Shown piece by piece: positions 55,852 through 64,000 of a stretch of DNA of 64,000 nucleotides (position 1 is its first letter; each line of letters begins with the position of its first letter). The translations under genes were made by a program, and so were the position numbers. The stretch is from Myxococcota bacterium (GTDB taxonomy: Bacteria; Myxococcota_A; SURF-8), in NCBI GenBank assembly GCA_963674735.2, contig CAXXQS010000001.1:2496001-2560000 (forward strand). The letters are read 5' to 3'. The notes below the pieces were generated by a model. That model did not search any database, was not told where the DNA came from, and saw nothing but the letters and a program-made list of their open reading frames with translations.

Positions 55852-55927
55852 GGGTGGCACGGGCTAAACCGTCAGGTTTGCCCGTGAAAACAGCATGGGC
55901 AAGCCAAAGGCTTGGCCCATGGCACCC
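55852..55927. repeat. Inverted pair of REP-like palindromes
   Basis: Plus GGGTGGCACGGGCTAAACC-GTCA-GGTTTGCCCGTG and minus GGGTGCCATGGGCCAAGCC-TTT-GGCTTGCCCATG, 7 nt apart. Confidence 0.7.
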
Positions 55928-56003
55928 CCTAAGCCGAATTATAGTAGGTGGAAAACGGTGAAAAGCTTAGAATTGAAACGCCGTGCGCTATTGTGTGATC
56001 TTT

Positions 56004-57068
56004 TCAGTTCCGCCGCCGATCGACCAGCACCCATAAAAATACCAGCATCGGAACACTCAGCGTCCCGACAGCCGGAAAGAGAATACCCGCCTCGGCCGCC
56101 GCTTTGCCAAGCGCCACCAGCGCAAACACGACCAATCCCGCCACAAGGCCCAGCATCACCGTACCAACCCGGCCCATCCCTCCCCGCACCAGCATCGCGC
56201 GCCGCCAAGCCAGACGCGCCGCCAGAAACGGAAACAGCAAGCACAACAAAGGCAGAGATCCGCGTAATCCGAGACCGGTGGCGTAAGCCGCTCGCGCGGG
56301 TATTTGCGCAGGCATCCACGCCAGATAGTCGAGAAGCCGACCGGCGGTCATGCTTTCGGAGGTGGGATAGCGAGCATCGAAAAACTCGGGGGGTTCCAGG
56401 GCTTTCGCCCAGATGGCATCGGCAGAGATATCGAGCTTTCGAGCAGAGCCATCGACTGCCTCTGGAAGCTGCGACCAGCCCTCGCCATTCCAGGCCAGAT
56501 GCTCGGCTTCCAGCGGATCGCCCCACCCATCAACCGCTTCGGCCGGATACAATAAAACATTCGAAAGCTCATCTCCTCGGCGCTCGCCCACTCGCCAAAC
56601 ACCGGAAGGTCCGGCAACCCACCGAACTCCCGAAAGATTTTCATTCGGTTCAACATGCTGGACATCTGTCTGCATGAGCAGGCGGGTGGTATTTTCGGAC
56701 GGGGGCAACCACCACTCGCCAATGGCGATCATTCCGACTGCCGCCACCAGTCCGGTCAACGCGAAGGGCAAGAGGCCGCGACATTCTTTCTGTGCCGCCG
56801 CGTGTAAAACCAGCGCCTCTCCGGTTCGGGCCATTTCCATCATGACCGCCAAACAACCGAAAAGAACGGCAAACGGCAACATCTGGTAAAGCGCCGTCGG
56901 CAACCGTAAAAGGAACAAATCGAACACGATAATCACCGGGGCGGCATTGGCCAGGCACACGCGCACATGCTCGATCATATCGAATAGGCTGAACAACAAA
57001 ACCAGCCCGATCAAGCTCAGGAAAACGATGCGCATCGTCCGCCTTCCGATATGCAGCAGATGCATCAT
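56004..57068 (-). CDS. lptG: LPS export permease LptG-like
   Basis: LP..LYQMLP.AVL.G, R.GE..., E..LP, 6-TM layout; ATGA overlap with the upstream lptF. Confidence 0.75.
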   Translation of the reverse strand: MMHLLHIGRRTMRIVFLSLIGLVLLFSLFDMIEHVRVCLANAAPVIIVFDLFLLRLPTALYQMLPFAVLFGCLAVMMEMARTGEALVLHAAAQKECRGLLPFALTGLVAAVGMIAIGEWWLPPSENTTRLLMQTDVQHVEPNENLSGVRWVAGPSGVWRVGERRGDELSNVLLYPAEAVDGWGDPLEAEHLAWNGEGWSQLPEAVDGSARKLDISADAIWAKALEPPEFFDARYPTSESMTAGRLLDYLAWMPAQIPARAAYATGLGLRGSLPLLCLLFPFLAARLAWRRAMLVRGGMGRVGTVMLGLVAGLVVFALVALGKAAAEAGILFPAVGTLSVPMLVFLWVLVDRRRN

Positions 57069-58150
57069 TCCCGCCGCCTCCCGGGCCACAACAACAGCGC
57101 CACGACCAGAAATAACAGTGCAAGCGGCGGCAGCGGAGCCCATTCCGGGGCAAGCGTTCCCTTCTCGCCCAACGCCATACCCAGCCGTTCGAGCAGGTAA
57201 TAAACCGTTACACAGGCTGCCGAAGCAGCATAAACGCCCGCCGAGGAACTGGGTGTCCAGCGCAGCCCCAAACCAACGGCCAGCAGCCCGAAGCCGAGCG
57301 CCGCCAACGGAGCCGCCAGACGCAAGGCCAAGGTCGCGCGCCAACGCCGTCGCTCGGGATTCCCATCATCCGGGTTTTGAAGACGCGCCATCAGTTCTAT
57401 CGACGACCATCCTTGCCAGGGAACCAGCACACCTGCCAACCCATCTCCCGCGCCGTGAACGGACAAGGGAACGGAAACCGTTCGAAACGCCAACCGATCT
57501 CGCAGTTTATCTCCCCGTCGTTCCCAAACACCGTTTTCCATCTCCAGCCGGAATCCGAAACGCTGCGGCACACAGCGGGCCGATTCTGCCCGGATAACAT
57601 CGGTCTCCCCGCCATCCTCCCGAACGATCAACGGATGCCGCCAAGCGCCGTCGGGCGTGATCTCAGCAACATAGATCTTCGCATCCCCCAGCCGAACGAA
57701 GCGACCCGGCTGAATCATGCGCGCCAGCGCTTCCGGCGCGGCCTCTTTTATAAGCGCTTCACCCAAAGCTAAATTCGCCGGTGCGACGAGATGAACGAAC
57801 CCGGCCACTCCCAGTGCGACCCCAAGCGAAAGCGGAGCGGTCAGCCAAGCAACCCGATTGAACGAAACCCCGACAGCTCGCAACCCTATCCACTCGCCAT
57901 CGCGCCGCCAGCGCGCCAGAACCGCCCACAAAGCCGCCAGATGTCCCACCGGCAGCACCACAGCCAGAAAACCCGGCACAACGGCCCCCATGAGGCTCAA
58001 AAGCACCCACGCGTCGTACCCCGAACGAAACACCAGAGGGGCCAGGCGCGCCAACTGCATCACCAGCAGGACGGCCAGAATACCGAAAACGGCTACCGCA
58101 AAGGTTTGCGCCCATTCTCCCCACAAACTTTTAGCCAGTGTCCAACGCAT
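57065..58150 (-). CDS. lptF: LPS export permease LptF-like
   Basis: P..L..VLP...L, R..RDGE..L.AVG.S, IQPG.F, R.A.P; tandem with a paralog. Confidence 0.8.
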   Translation of the reverse strand: MRWTLAKSLWGEWAQTFAVAVFGILAVLLVMQLARLAPLVFRSGYDAWVLLSLMGAVVPGFLAVVLPVGHLAALWAVLARWRRDGEWIGLRAVGVSFNRVAWLTAPLSLGVALGVAGFVHLVAPANLALGEALIKEAAPEALARMIQPGRFVRLGDAKIYVAEITPDGAWRHPLIVREDGGETDVIRAESARCVPQRFGFRLEMENGVWERRGDKLRDRLAFRTVSVPLSVHGAGDGLAGVLVPWQGWSSIELMARLQNPDDGNPERRRWRATLALRLAAPLAALGFGLLAVGLGLRWTPSSSAGVYAASAACVTVYYLLERLGMALGEKGTLAPEWAPLPPLALLFLVVALLLWPGRRRE

Positions 58151-58316
58151 GCCGAGACGCTAGCACGGCCCGCCTTTGAGCGCAACGTCCGGTCGCGATA
58201 CAATCCGACAAATTCGTCCCAGATGATTTTTATGGACAGTTTTCAAATGATTGGCTAATTTAAAGTGTCTAGCCGGAAGATAGATCAATCCGCAGGCGGG
58301 AAAGGGCGCTGACTCC

Positions 58317-59204
58317 ATGATTGTTACGTTGCTCGGGGTTCGGGGATCGCGACCGGTGGCGATGATGGACGTGCTCCGTTATGGCGGGAACACCACGTCG
58401 TTCAAAATCGAAGCTCATGACATGCCGCCCATCTATGTCGATGGCGGAACCGGTCTGTACGAAGAAGGCCTGCGTCTGGGCAGCGAAGGAATCCCGGAGA
58501 CCCTCAATATCTTCGTCACGCACACACACTGGGATCACATCCTGGCGTTTCCCTTTTTCAAGCCGCTTTACCATGAAGGCTGCTCGATCAACATCTACGC
58601 CCCGGTTTCGCGAGGACAACGCTTCATCGAGTTGATCCAGGGGCAGCACACCCCGCGAGCCTTTCCGGTCCCCTTCAGCCAGTTAAAAGCCAATCAGAAC
58701 TTCATCGACGCCAAACCGGGTGATTGTTTCGACCTGGGGAGCAGTGTCGCCCGCTGTTTCCAACTTAACCATCCCGGCACCACACTTGGCTGGCGCTTCG
58801 AAGCCGATGACCGCGCAGTGGCCATCATCACCGACACCGCACCGATCGCGGGCAATTACCTCGGCGAAGGCATGTCCGAGAAAGCCGAATCCGATCCAAC
58901 CTCCTTTGAAGCGTCTTTTCACGATGGCCTGGTGGACTTCATGCGAAACGCCGATCTGGTCATCTTCGACACGCATTTCACCGAGGAAGGCATCGTCGAT
59001 CGCCGTCACTGGGGCCATTCAACCCCGGAAATGGCTATCGATCTTTGCTTGGAAGCCGGTGCCAAACGGTTGGTTCTGCACCACCACGCGCCGGAAGACA
59101 CCGATGAACGGGTGGACAAAAAGGCCGACGCCATCTGGAAAAAACTGCAGAATCACAACCTGCAAGTAGAACCCGGCGTTGAAGGAATGAAAATATGGCT
59201 CTGA
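58317..59204 (+). CDS. MBL-fold metallo-hydrolase (phosphodiesterase/RNase Z-like)
   Basis: GVRGS.P, YGGNT, DGGTG, THTHWDHI, NHPG, TDT, WGHS, HHHAP. Confidence 0.9.
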   Translation: MIVTLLGVRGSRPVAMMDVLRYGGNTTSFKIEAHDMPPIYVDGGTGLYEEGLRLGSEGIPETLNIFVTHTHWDHILAFPFFKPLYHEGCSINIYAPVSRGQRFIELIQGQHTPRAFPVPFSQLKANQNFIDAKPGDCFDLGSSVARCFQLNHPGTTLGWRFEADDRAVAIITDTAPIAGNYLGEGMSEKAESDPTSFEASFHDGLVDFMRNADLVIFDTHFTEEGIVDRRHWGHSTPEMAIDLCLEAGAKRLVLHHHAPEDTDERVDKKADAIWKKLQNHNLQVEPGVEGMKIWL

Positions 59205-60034
59205 AAGTCCGGTTTTACGGTACACGCGGCCAAATCATGTCGGTCTCGCGCGATCGCTTCATTTACGGCGGCCACACCAGTTGCGTCACCTTGTCGCAGG
59301 AGGAGGAGTTGATCATCCTCGATGCCGGCTTCGGTATCGCCAATCTGGCCGGCGATTTGATGAAAACCCAACCGCTCACGGAAGGCGGCCAGAGCTATCA
59401 TCTGTTCCTCACCCACTTTCACTGGGATCACATTCAAGGCCTGCAATACTTCACCCCGATCTATTTCCCGGGCAATCACATTCACGTCTACAGTCCCTTC
59501 GATGTGGATGTCATGCAAGAGGTTTTGAATGTCCTGCTGGACGATTCCTACACCCCTTTCAGCGGGTTGGACAGCCTGCCCTGCGAATGGCACTTCGAGA
59601 AACTGAACGCCGCCAAACAAGTCGGCTCATTCACGGTTTCGCATCATCCCACTTCGCACCTTGGCGAATGCTACGCCTACCGCCTGACGACCGACGAGGG
59701 ACGCGTCAGCTTTATCACCGATCACAATGCCGAACCCTCGGCCAACAACGAATCGCTGGTCAAATGGGCGGCCAGTTGCGATCTGCTGATTCACGAAGCC
59801 ATGTTCACACCGGGAGAATTCAATCATTTTCCCGATTTCGGCCACTCGTCTTTTACCTCGGCCATGGAAAACGCCCAACGCATCGGCGCTCCTCTCACGC
59901 TCCTGACTCACCACGCGCCGCTGCGGAGCGACTCCGAGTTGGCTGATCACGAGCGTTATCTGGAGCGATTGTTCAACAACAAAGAACAACGACTAGCTTT
60001 CGCCCGCGAAGAAATCGACTACCCGGTTCGCTGA
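59195..60034 (+). CDS. MBL-fold metallo-hydrolase, paralog of the upstream gene
   Basis: GTRG, YGGHTSC, DAG.G, THFHWDHIQG, TDH, FGHS, THHAP. Confidence 0.9.
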   Translation: MALKVRFYGTRGQIMSVSRDRFIYGGHTSCVTLSQEEELIILDAGFGIANLAGDLMKTQPLTEGGQSYHLFLTHFHWDHIQGLQYFTPIYFPGNHIHVYSPFDVDVMQEVLNVLLDDSYTPFSGLDSLPCEWHFEKLNAAKQVGSFTVSHHPTSHLGECYAYRLTTDEGRVSFITDHNAEPSANNESLVKWAASCDLLIHEAMFTPGEFNHFPDFGHSSFTSAMENAQRIGAPLTLLTHHAPLRSDSELADHERYLERLFNNKEQRLAFAREEIDYPVR

Positions 60035-60249
60035 CCGACCCGGACCATGTCGTCACACCTCTTTTCATCCGAAGCGACCAAGAGTCTCTATCCTCACTGC
60101 CTTTATTTGGGTGCTATGACATTTTCGCCATACTTTTACCCTGACTCCGAGTTTGTTTTCGGCCTAAAAATTGACCAACAACCAAACCCTTCCCGATCAT
60201 GTTGAAACAATACCGGGTCATTTCAAAGCCTTGCACAATACCGTCAAAA

Positions 60250-60266
60250 TTGGCAACTTGTTTGCA
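60250..60266 (+). promoter_or_regulatory. Sigma54 (-24/-12) promoter
   Basis: TTGGCAACTTGTTTGCA, i.e. GG-N10-GC in TGGCA...TTGCA context, about 65 nt upstream of ATG 60330. Confidence 0.6.
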
Positions 60267-60329
60267 AACAACAAAGTTCAATATCGCGCACCTTCAACAG
60301 ACTCACCCATCGAGATCGGGGAGGTAATC

Positions 60330-61763
60330 ATGGAAAGCGAGTCGTCAATGAATCAGGCCATTCACTTATGTCGTTTTTGCCGCAAGGCTGTTTTCAGAGG
60401 GGTTCCCGGTCTGCTGATTCTGTACATCATTGGCATCATGCTGCTATGCGGGTGTCTCGAAAGCGATTACGGCGGCAAGAACATCAATGAATCCAAGCCC
60501 GGCAATAAAGACCAAGGGACCGATATCTTCTTCGATCTGGCCTTGAGTGAGGATGGCCGCCACCTGGTCGGCGTGCTGCAGGAAAGCGAAAGCGAAGAAT
60601 GGAGCATCTGGGGGCTGGATCTCAGTTCTCATGAATCCGTCCAACTCGACGTGCCGGATACCGCCACGCGCGTCGTTTTCAGCGACAATGACATCGCCTT
60701 CGTGCTATCTGAGCGAGAAGTCACCGAGGTTTCGCTGATCAACGGTGAGGCCTTGCGACGCTTTCCCATTCGCGAGCCGTATTCTTTCATCACTCTCAAC
60801 GAACGTAGAGATAAACTGGCGGTCTTCACCACCTGGTCCACCTGGGAAGCCGTTCCGAAATTGAGTGTCATCGACCTGGAAAACGACGAAATCTTCGCCC
60901 ACACGTTCGATTATCCGGTTTTCGACGCGAAGTGGGTATCCTCCACCGGCGATTTGGCCGTGGTACTCGATATCGACAACGAGCATTCGGAGGTGGTGTT
61001 TATGATCGAAGGCCACTACGGACTCATGTCCGCGCCGTTGCCTCATTGCGCCAGCTACCTGGAAATGTCGCCCGATGCGGAGATCGGCATGGTAGCCCCC
61101 ACGCGCTGCCCGATCGACCCGGTATCGGTGATCGATCTGGTCAACCGCGACTACCTGCACACCCTGCCGGGTTTCGGACCGGTGGCGTTCGCCCCGAATG
61201 GTCAATATGCCGTCGCTTTCGGGCGCAAAGACGACCTGAAAGAGACCGGCGGTATCGAAACCGATACCGATTACAGTCTATTGTTCATCGAGCTGCCGTC
61301 CCTCGAACTTTCGGTATTTGAGTTGGGTGATGATCTGCCCATCTACGCCATAACCCCCGACAGCGACACGCTGCTCTTATATTCCGAATCTTTAGGTCAG
61401 GATTATTACGGCATTTACTTGTTCGACGTGCCCTCCCGCAGTTTGAGCACAACCACCAACGATAATCTTACGTTACGCGAATTCGTCATCACACCGGACA
61501 GCCAGATGGTCTATTTGATCGACGGCAAGCTGCACTATCTCGACATTCAAACGGGCGAAGTGGAGGCGATCACGCTCAACCACGGTGATTTCGAAGACTT
61601 GGACGCAGACGATGTCCCCGAACGTCTGAACATCACCCCGGATGGCCAAACCCTGGTTCTGGGTTTCCTCACCGACAGCCGCTACCTGCTTTACGACCTT
61701 GAGGCACAGCAAATCACCGATTTACTCTGGTTGGGCGAGACTGCGGATGAAGAAGAGGAATGA
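60330..61763 (+). CDS. Acidic beta-propeller lipoprotein (WD40/YVTN-like)
   Basis: SD GGGGAGG before ATG 60330; lipobox LCGC; repeated (S/T)PD(G/S) and VIDL blade motifs. Confidence 0.7.
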   Translation: MESESSMNQAIHLCRFCRKAVFRGVPGLLILYIIGIMLLCGCLESDYGGKNINESKPGNKDQGTDIFFDLALSEDGRHLVGVLQESESEEWSIWGLDLSSHESVQLDVPDTATRVVFSDNDIAFVLSEREVTEVSLINGEALRRFPIREPYSFITLNERRDKLAVFTTWSTWEAVPKLSVIDLENDEIFAHTFDYPVFDAKWVSSTGDLAVVLDIDNEHSEVVFMIEGHYGLMSAPLPHCASYLEMSPDAEIGMVAPTRCPIDPVSVIDLVNRDYLHTLPGFGPVAFAPNGQYAVAFGRKDDLKETGGIETDTDYSLLFIELPSLELSVFELGDDLPIYAITPDSDTLLLYSESLGQDYYGIYLFDVPSRSLSTTTNDNLTLREFVITPDSQMVYLIDGKLHYLDIQTGEVEAITLNHGDFEDLDADDVPERLNITPDGQTLVLGFLTDSRYLLYDLEAQQITDLLWLGETADEEEE

Positions 61764-61791
61764 TCCCGGCGGATTAACAAAACACCTTTGA

Positions 61792-61832
61792 AATTAAAAG
61801 ACCGGATCCGCGTGGATCCGGTCGTGTATTTT
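61792..61832. terminator. Probable bidirectional terminator between convergent genes
   Basis: Perfect GACCGGATCC-GCGT-GGATCCGGTC stem flanked by A-rich and T-rich tracts. Confidence 0.75.
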
Positions 61833-61846
61833 CGGAGGAAAGAAAC

Positions 61847-62659
61847 TTAGAGAGCGAGAGCAATGGCATAGTAATACAGAATCGGCGCCGCAAACAACAC
61901 GGCGTCGAAGCGATCGAGCACACCCCCGTGACCGGGGATGATCTGCCCCGAATCCTTGATGCCGAAACTACGCTTCAGCAGCGACTCGCACAGGTCGCCC
62001 ATTTGACCGATAGCGGCCATTAGAAAGGCAACGATCAGCAGATGCACGAGAGGAAAGTCCATACCGGTAGCCGAGCGGAAGGCTACCGCCGCAGCAATAC
62101 TGGCCAATGTTCCGCCCACGGCCCCGGCCCAGGTCTTCTTGGGTGAGACCTTTTCATACAATTTGCGCTTACCCAGAAAGCGTCCGGCAAAATAAGCGCC
62201 GGTATCGCAGGCCCACACTGTCACCAGCAACAACAGGATGTATTTCCAGGTCTCGGGAAGCGCATACAGCGCAACGAGATAAATGCCCAGCAAATCGATA
62301 TAAACCAGTCCCAACATCCCTTTGGCGATACGCGGACCCACGGTCGCCATGTCGCCGGTATGAAATAGAAAATAGAGGAACATCAGCAAAACAGCAGCTA
62401 AAAATACGGCATGAAAAGCCAGCGGCGCAGCATCGAACACAATCGCCGATCCCCAACCCGCAAATAGTCCCAGGCCCAGAACGACCCCGGCTCGCCGATC
62501 GACTGCATCGTCAGGAAATGCCATCGTGTAATATTCGAGAAGCCCGATCTGCATCACCACCAGCCAGAAAAGAAAATTCGCCAATTCGCCGCCGTAAATG
62601 AACAACGGGAGAACAACCGGGACAGCCACCAAGGCCGTAGCGACGCGCTTCCACAACAT
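61847..62659 (-). CDS. cdsA: Phosphatidate cytidylyltransferase
   Basis: DTGAYF.G, SPKKTW.G, GDL.ES.LKR..GIKDSG..IPGHGG.LDRFD. Confidence 0.96.
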   Translation of the reverse strand: MLWKRVATALVAVPVVLPLFIYGGELANFLFWLVVMQIGLLEYYTMAFPDDAVDRRAGVVLGLGLFAGWGSAIVFDAAPLAFHAVFLAAVLLMFLYFLFHTGDMATVGPRIAKGMLGLVYIDLLGIYLVALYALPETWKYILLLLVTVWACDTGAYFAGRFLGKRKLYEKVSPKKTWAGAVGGTLASIAAAVAFRSATGMDFPLVHLLIVAFLMAAIGQMGDLCESLLKRSFGIKDSGQIIPGHGGVLDRFDAVLFAAPILYYYAIALAL

Positions 62660-62691
62660 AATCGTCTGGTCCTTTCCCCGCCTGGCGGGTA

Positions 62692-63447
62692 TCAAGTTTT
62701 CTCGGTTGTATCCGAAGCTTTCAATTGATCGGATGTGTGTCCGAAACGCCGTTCACGCCGCTGGAAATCGCGGATGGCATCAAACAGGTGCTGCTTGGTG
62801 AAGTCGGGCCAGAACACCTCGGGAAACTGGAATTCGGCATAGGTAATCTGCCAAGGCAGAAAGCCGCTGGTGCGTAATTCCCCGGAGGTGCGAATCATCA
62901 GATCCACCGGCGGCAGTTCGGGGACGTAAAGATGCTGCTCGAACACCTTTTCGGTAATGGCTTCGGGCATAAGTTCGCCGCGTTTGACTTTTTCGGCGAT
63001 GGCCCGACAGGCGTCCACCAGTTCGTCGCGACCACCGTAGGAGAGACATAAGTTGAGAATCATGCCGTCGTTGTCGGCGGTCTCGGCTCGCAATGAATCC
63101 AGCTTGTTACGCACGTAATCCGGTAGTCGATGCAAATGTCCCGAAGCCACCAGCCGGATATTGTTATCGAGAATCTCGCTACGTTCTTGCTTGAGAAAAC
63201 GCTCCAGCAGGCGCATCAAGGCTTCGACTTCACGCTTGGGACGCGCCCAGTTTTCTCCGCTGAAGGCGTAGAGCGACAAGGCCACCACTCCCAGCTTCCG
63301 GCAGCTGCGCACCACTTCGCGTACGGCGTCCGAGCCCTTTTCGTGCCCGCGCACGCGTTCCATCAATCGGCGTTTGGCCCAACGCCCGTTCCCATCCATG
63401 ATGATGGCGATATGGCCGGGAATGCGCATGGTTTCGATGGTTTCCAT
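62692..63447 (-). CDS. uppS: Undecaprenyl diphosphate synthase
   Basis: HIAIIMDGNGRWA, YAFS.ENW.RP, YGGRDE, IRTSGE.R.S.FL.WQ. Confidence 0.97.
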   Translation of the reverse strand: METIETMRIPGHIAIIMDGNGRWAKRRLMERVRGHEKGSDAVREVVRSCRKLGVVALSLYAFSGENWARPKREVEALMRLLERFLKQERSEILDNNIRLVASGHLHRLPDYVRNKLDSLRAETADNDGMILNLCLSYGGRDELVDACRAIAEKVKRGELMPEAITEKVFEQHLYVPELPPVDLMIRTSGELRTSGFLPWQITYAEFQFPEVFWPDFTKQHLFDAIRDFQRRERRFGHTSDQLKASDTTEKT

Positions 63448-63480
63448 TGTGGATTCCTCACTCGTTTCAAGTCGGCGCGG

Positions 63481-63509
63481 ATGCTATCATAGGGTCAATG
63501 CGGAGTCAA
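63481..63509 (-). promoter_or_regulatory. Sigma70 promoter for uppS-cdsA
   Basis: Minus strand TTGACT-17 nt-TAGCAT with extended -10 TG. Confidence 0.6.
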
Positions 63510-63535
63510 ACCTCGCGAAAGCGGTTTTTACCCGT

Positions 63536-64000
63536 TCAAAAATCGCTCGCCAGCCAACGCATCGCACGCACCGACCAGCCGTGGTCGCCGCGGTGAAAGA
63601 CCAACACCAAATGTTTCGCCAGCCCCGCCGTCCGCTTCACCTCATCCCGACAATCGACCCGCACCAGCACTTCACCTCGTTCAAGCGGGGAAAAAGCGGG
63701 AAGATCGGCCAGAATATCCGGTTGTTGATCGATATCATGAGGAGAAGCAACCCGGGCACTTTGCAGATCGACGACCTGGCCGACACCGCTCTGCTCGGTG
63801 AGCATGGCCTGCATGGCTCCACGCAACGCCACTCGTTCGCTCTTGCTCGACCGCTGCATAGAGCCGTCCATCGCAATCGAGCGCCAGTCGTCATCGAGAT
63901 AGGACTCGAAACGCGAAGCGTCGCCACGCCAGTAAGCATCGAACATGCCCATCAGCACGCGCCGAACCTGGGCTTTAGAGCCATCCTCCGGTTGCACCAT
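63536..64000 (-). CDS. Hypothetical protein, C-terminal part, NTF2/SnoaL-like; probably truncated by the window end
   Basis: F.AY..GD...F..YL helix pattern and terminal LVF.R...GW.V strand-turn-strand. Confidence 0.5.
   Translation of the reverse strand: MVQPEDGSKAQVRRVLMGMFDAYWRGDASRFESYLDDDWRSIAMDGSMQRSSKSERVALRGAMQAMLTEQSGVGQVVDLQSARVASPHDIDQQPDILADLPAFSPLERGEVLVRVDCRDEVKRTAGLAKHLVLVFHRGDHGWSVRAMRWLASDF

Noticed and set aside
55852-55890. GGGCAAACC upstream of the PilZ gene suggested a c-di-GMP-I riboswitch
   Set aside because: No GAAA tetraloop or GACGCAAAG junction; better explained as one arm of the REP-like hairpin
1-64000. Mobile elements, prophage or anti-phage defence genes
   Set aside because: No transposase, integrase, phage structural, reverse transcriptase, restriction-modification or cas motifs recognised in any ORF

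Overview
A 64-kb, moderately GC-rich bacterial chromosomal segment with no prophage, IS element, CRISPR array, tRNA or rRNA that I can see. Gene content and order suggest a deltaproteobacterial/Myxococcota-like organism (inference). Housekeeping blocks: zapA-6S RNA-rny-ymdB-tyrS, iscS-xseB-tlyA-Rrf2, pal-cpoB, an S1 paralog, sucCD, lgt, lptFG and uppS-cdsA. There is also a 12-kb glycogen operon built on three GH57 enzymes, DUF4912, glgA and glgC with a histidine kinase and a single-domain receiver inserted inside it, an AmgK/MurU-like pair, and many Cys-rich or Asp-Gly-Asp-linker lipoproteins, including a 1726-aa surface protein. The best candidate for an undescribed system is a tightly coupled three-gene uptake unit at 47293-51165: an ECF S-component-like membrane protein, a membrane domain fused to a THEP1-type (non-ABC) NTPase, and a TonB-dependent receptor. 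Non-coding signals read directly from the sequence include a 6S-like RNA rod, an inverted REP-like doublet with compensatory changes, an IscR-type operator, a sigma54 promoter and several sigma70 promoters and terminators. dxs/ispA and dxr are absent from their usual positions. All family assignments come from motif recognition by eye, not database searches.
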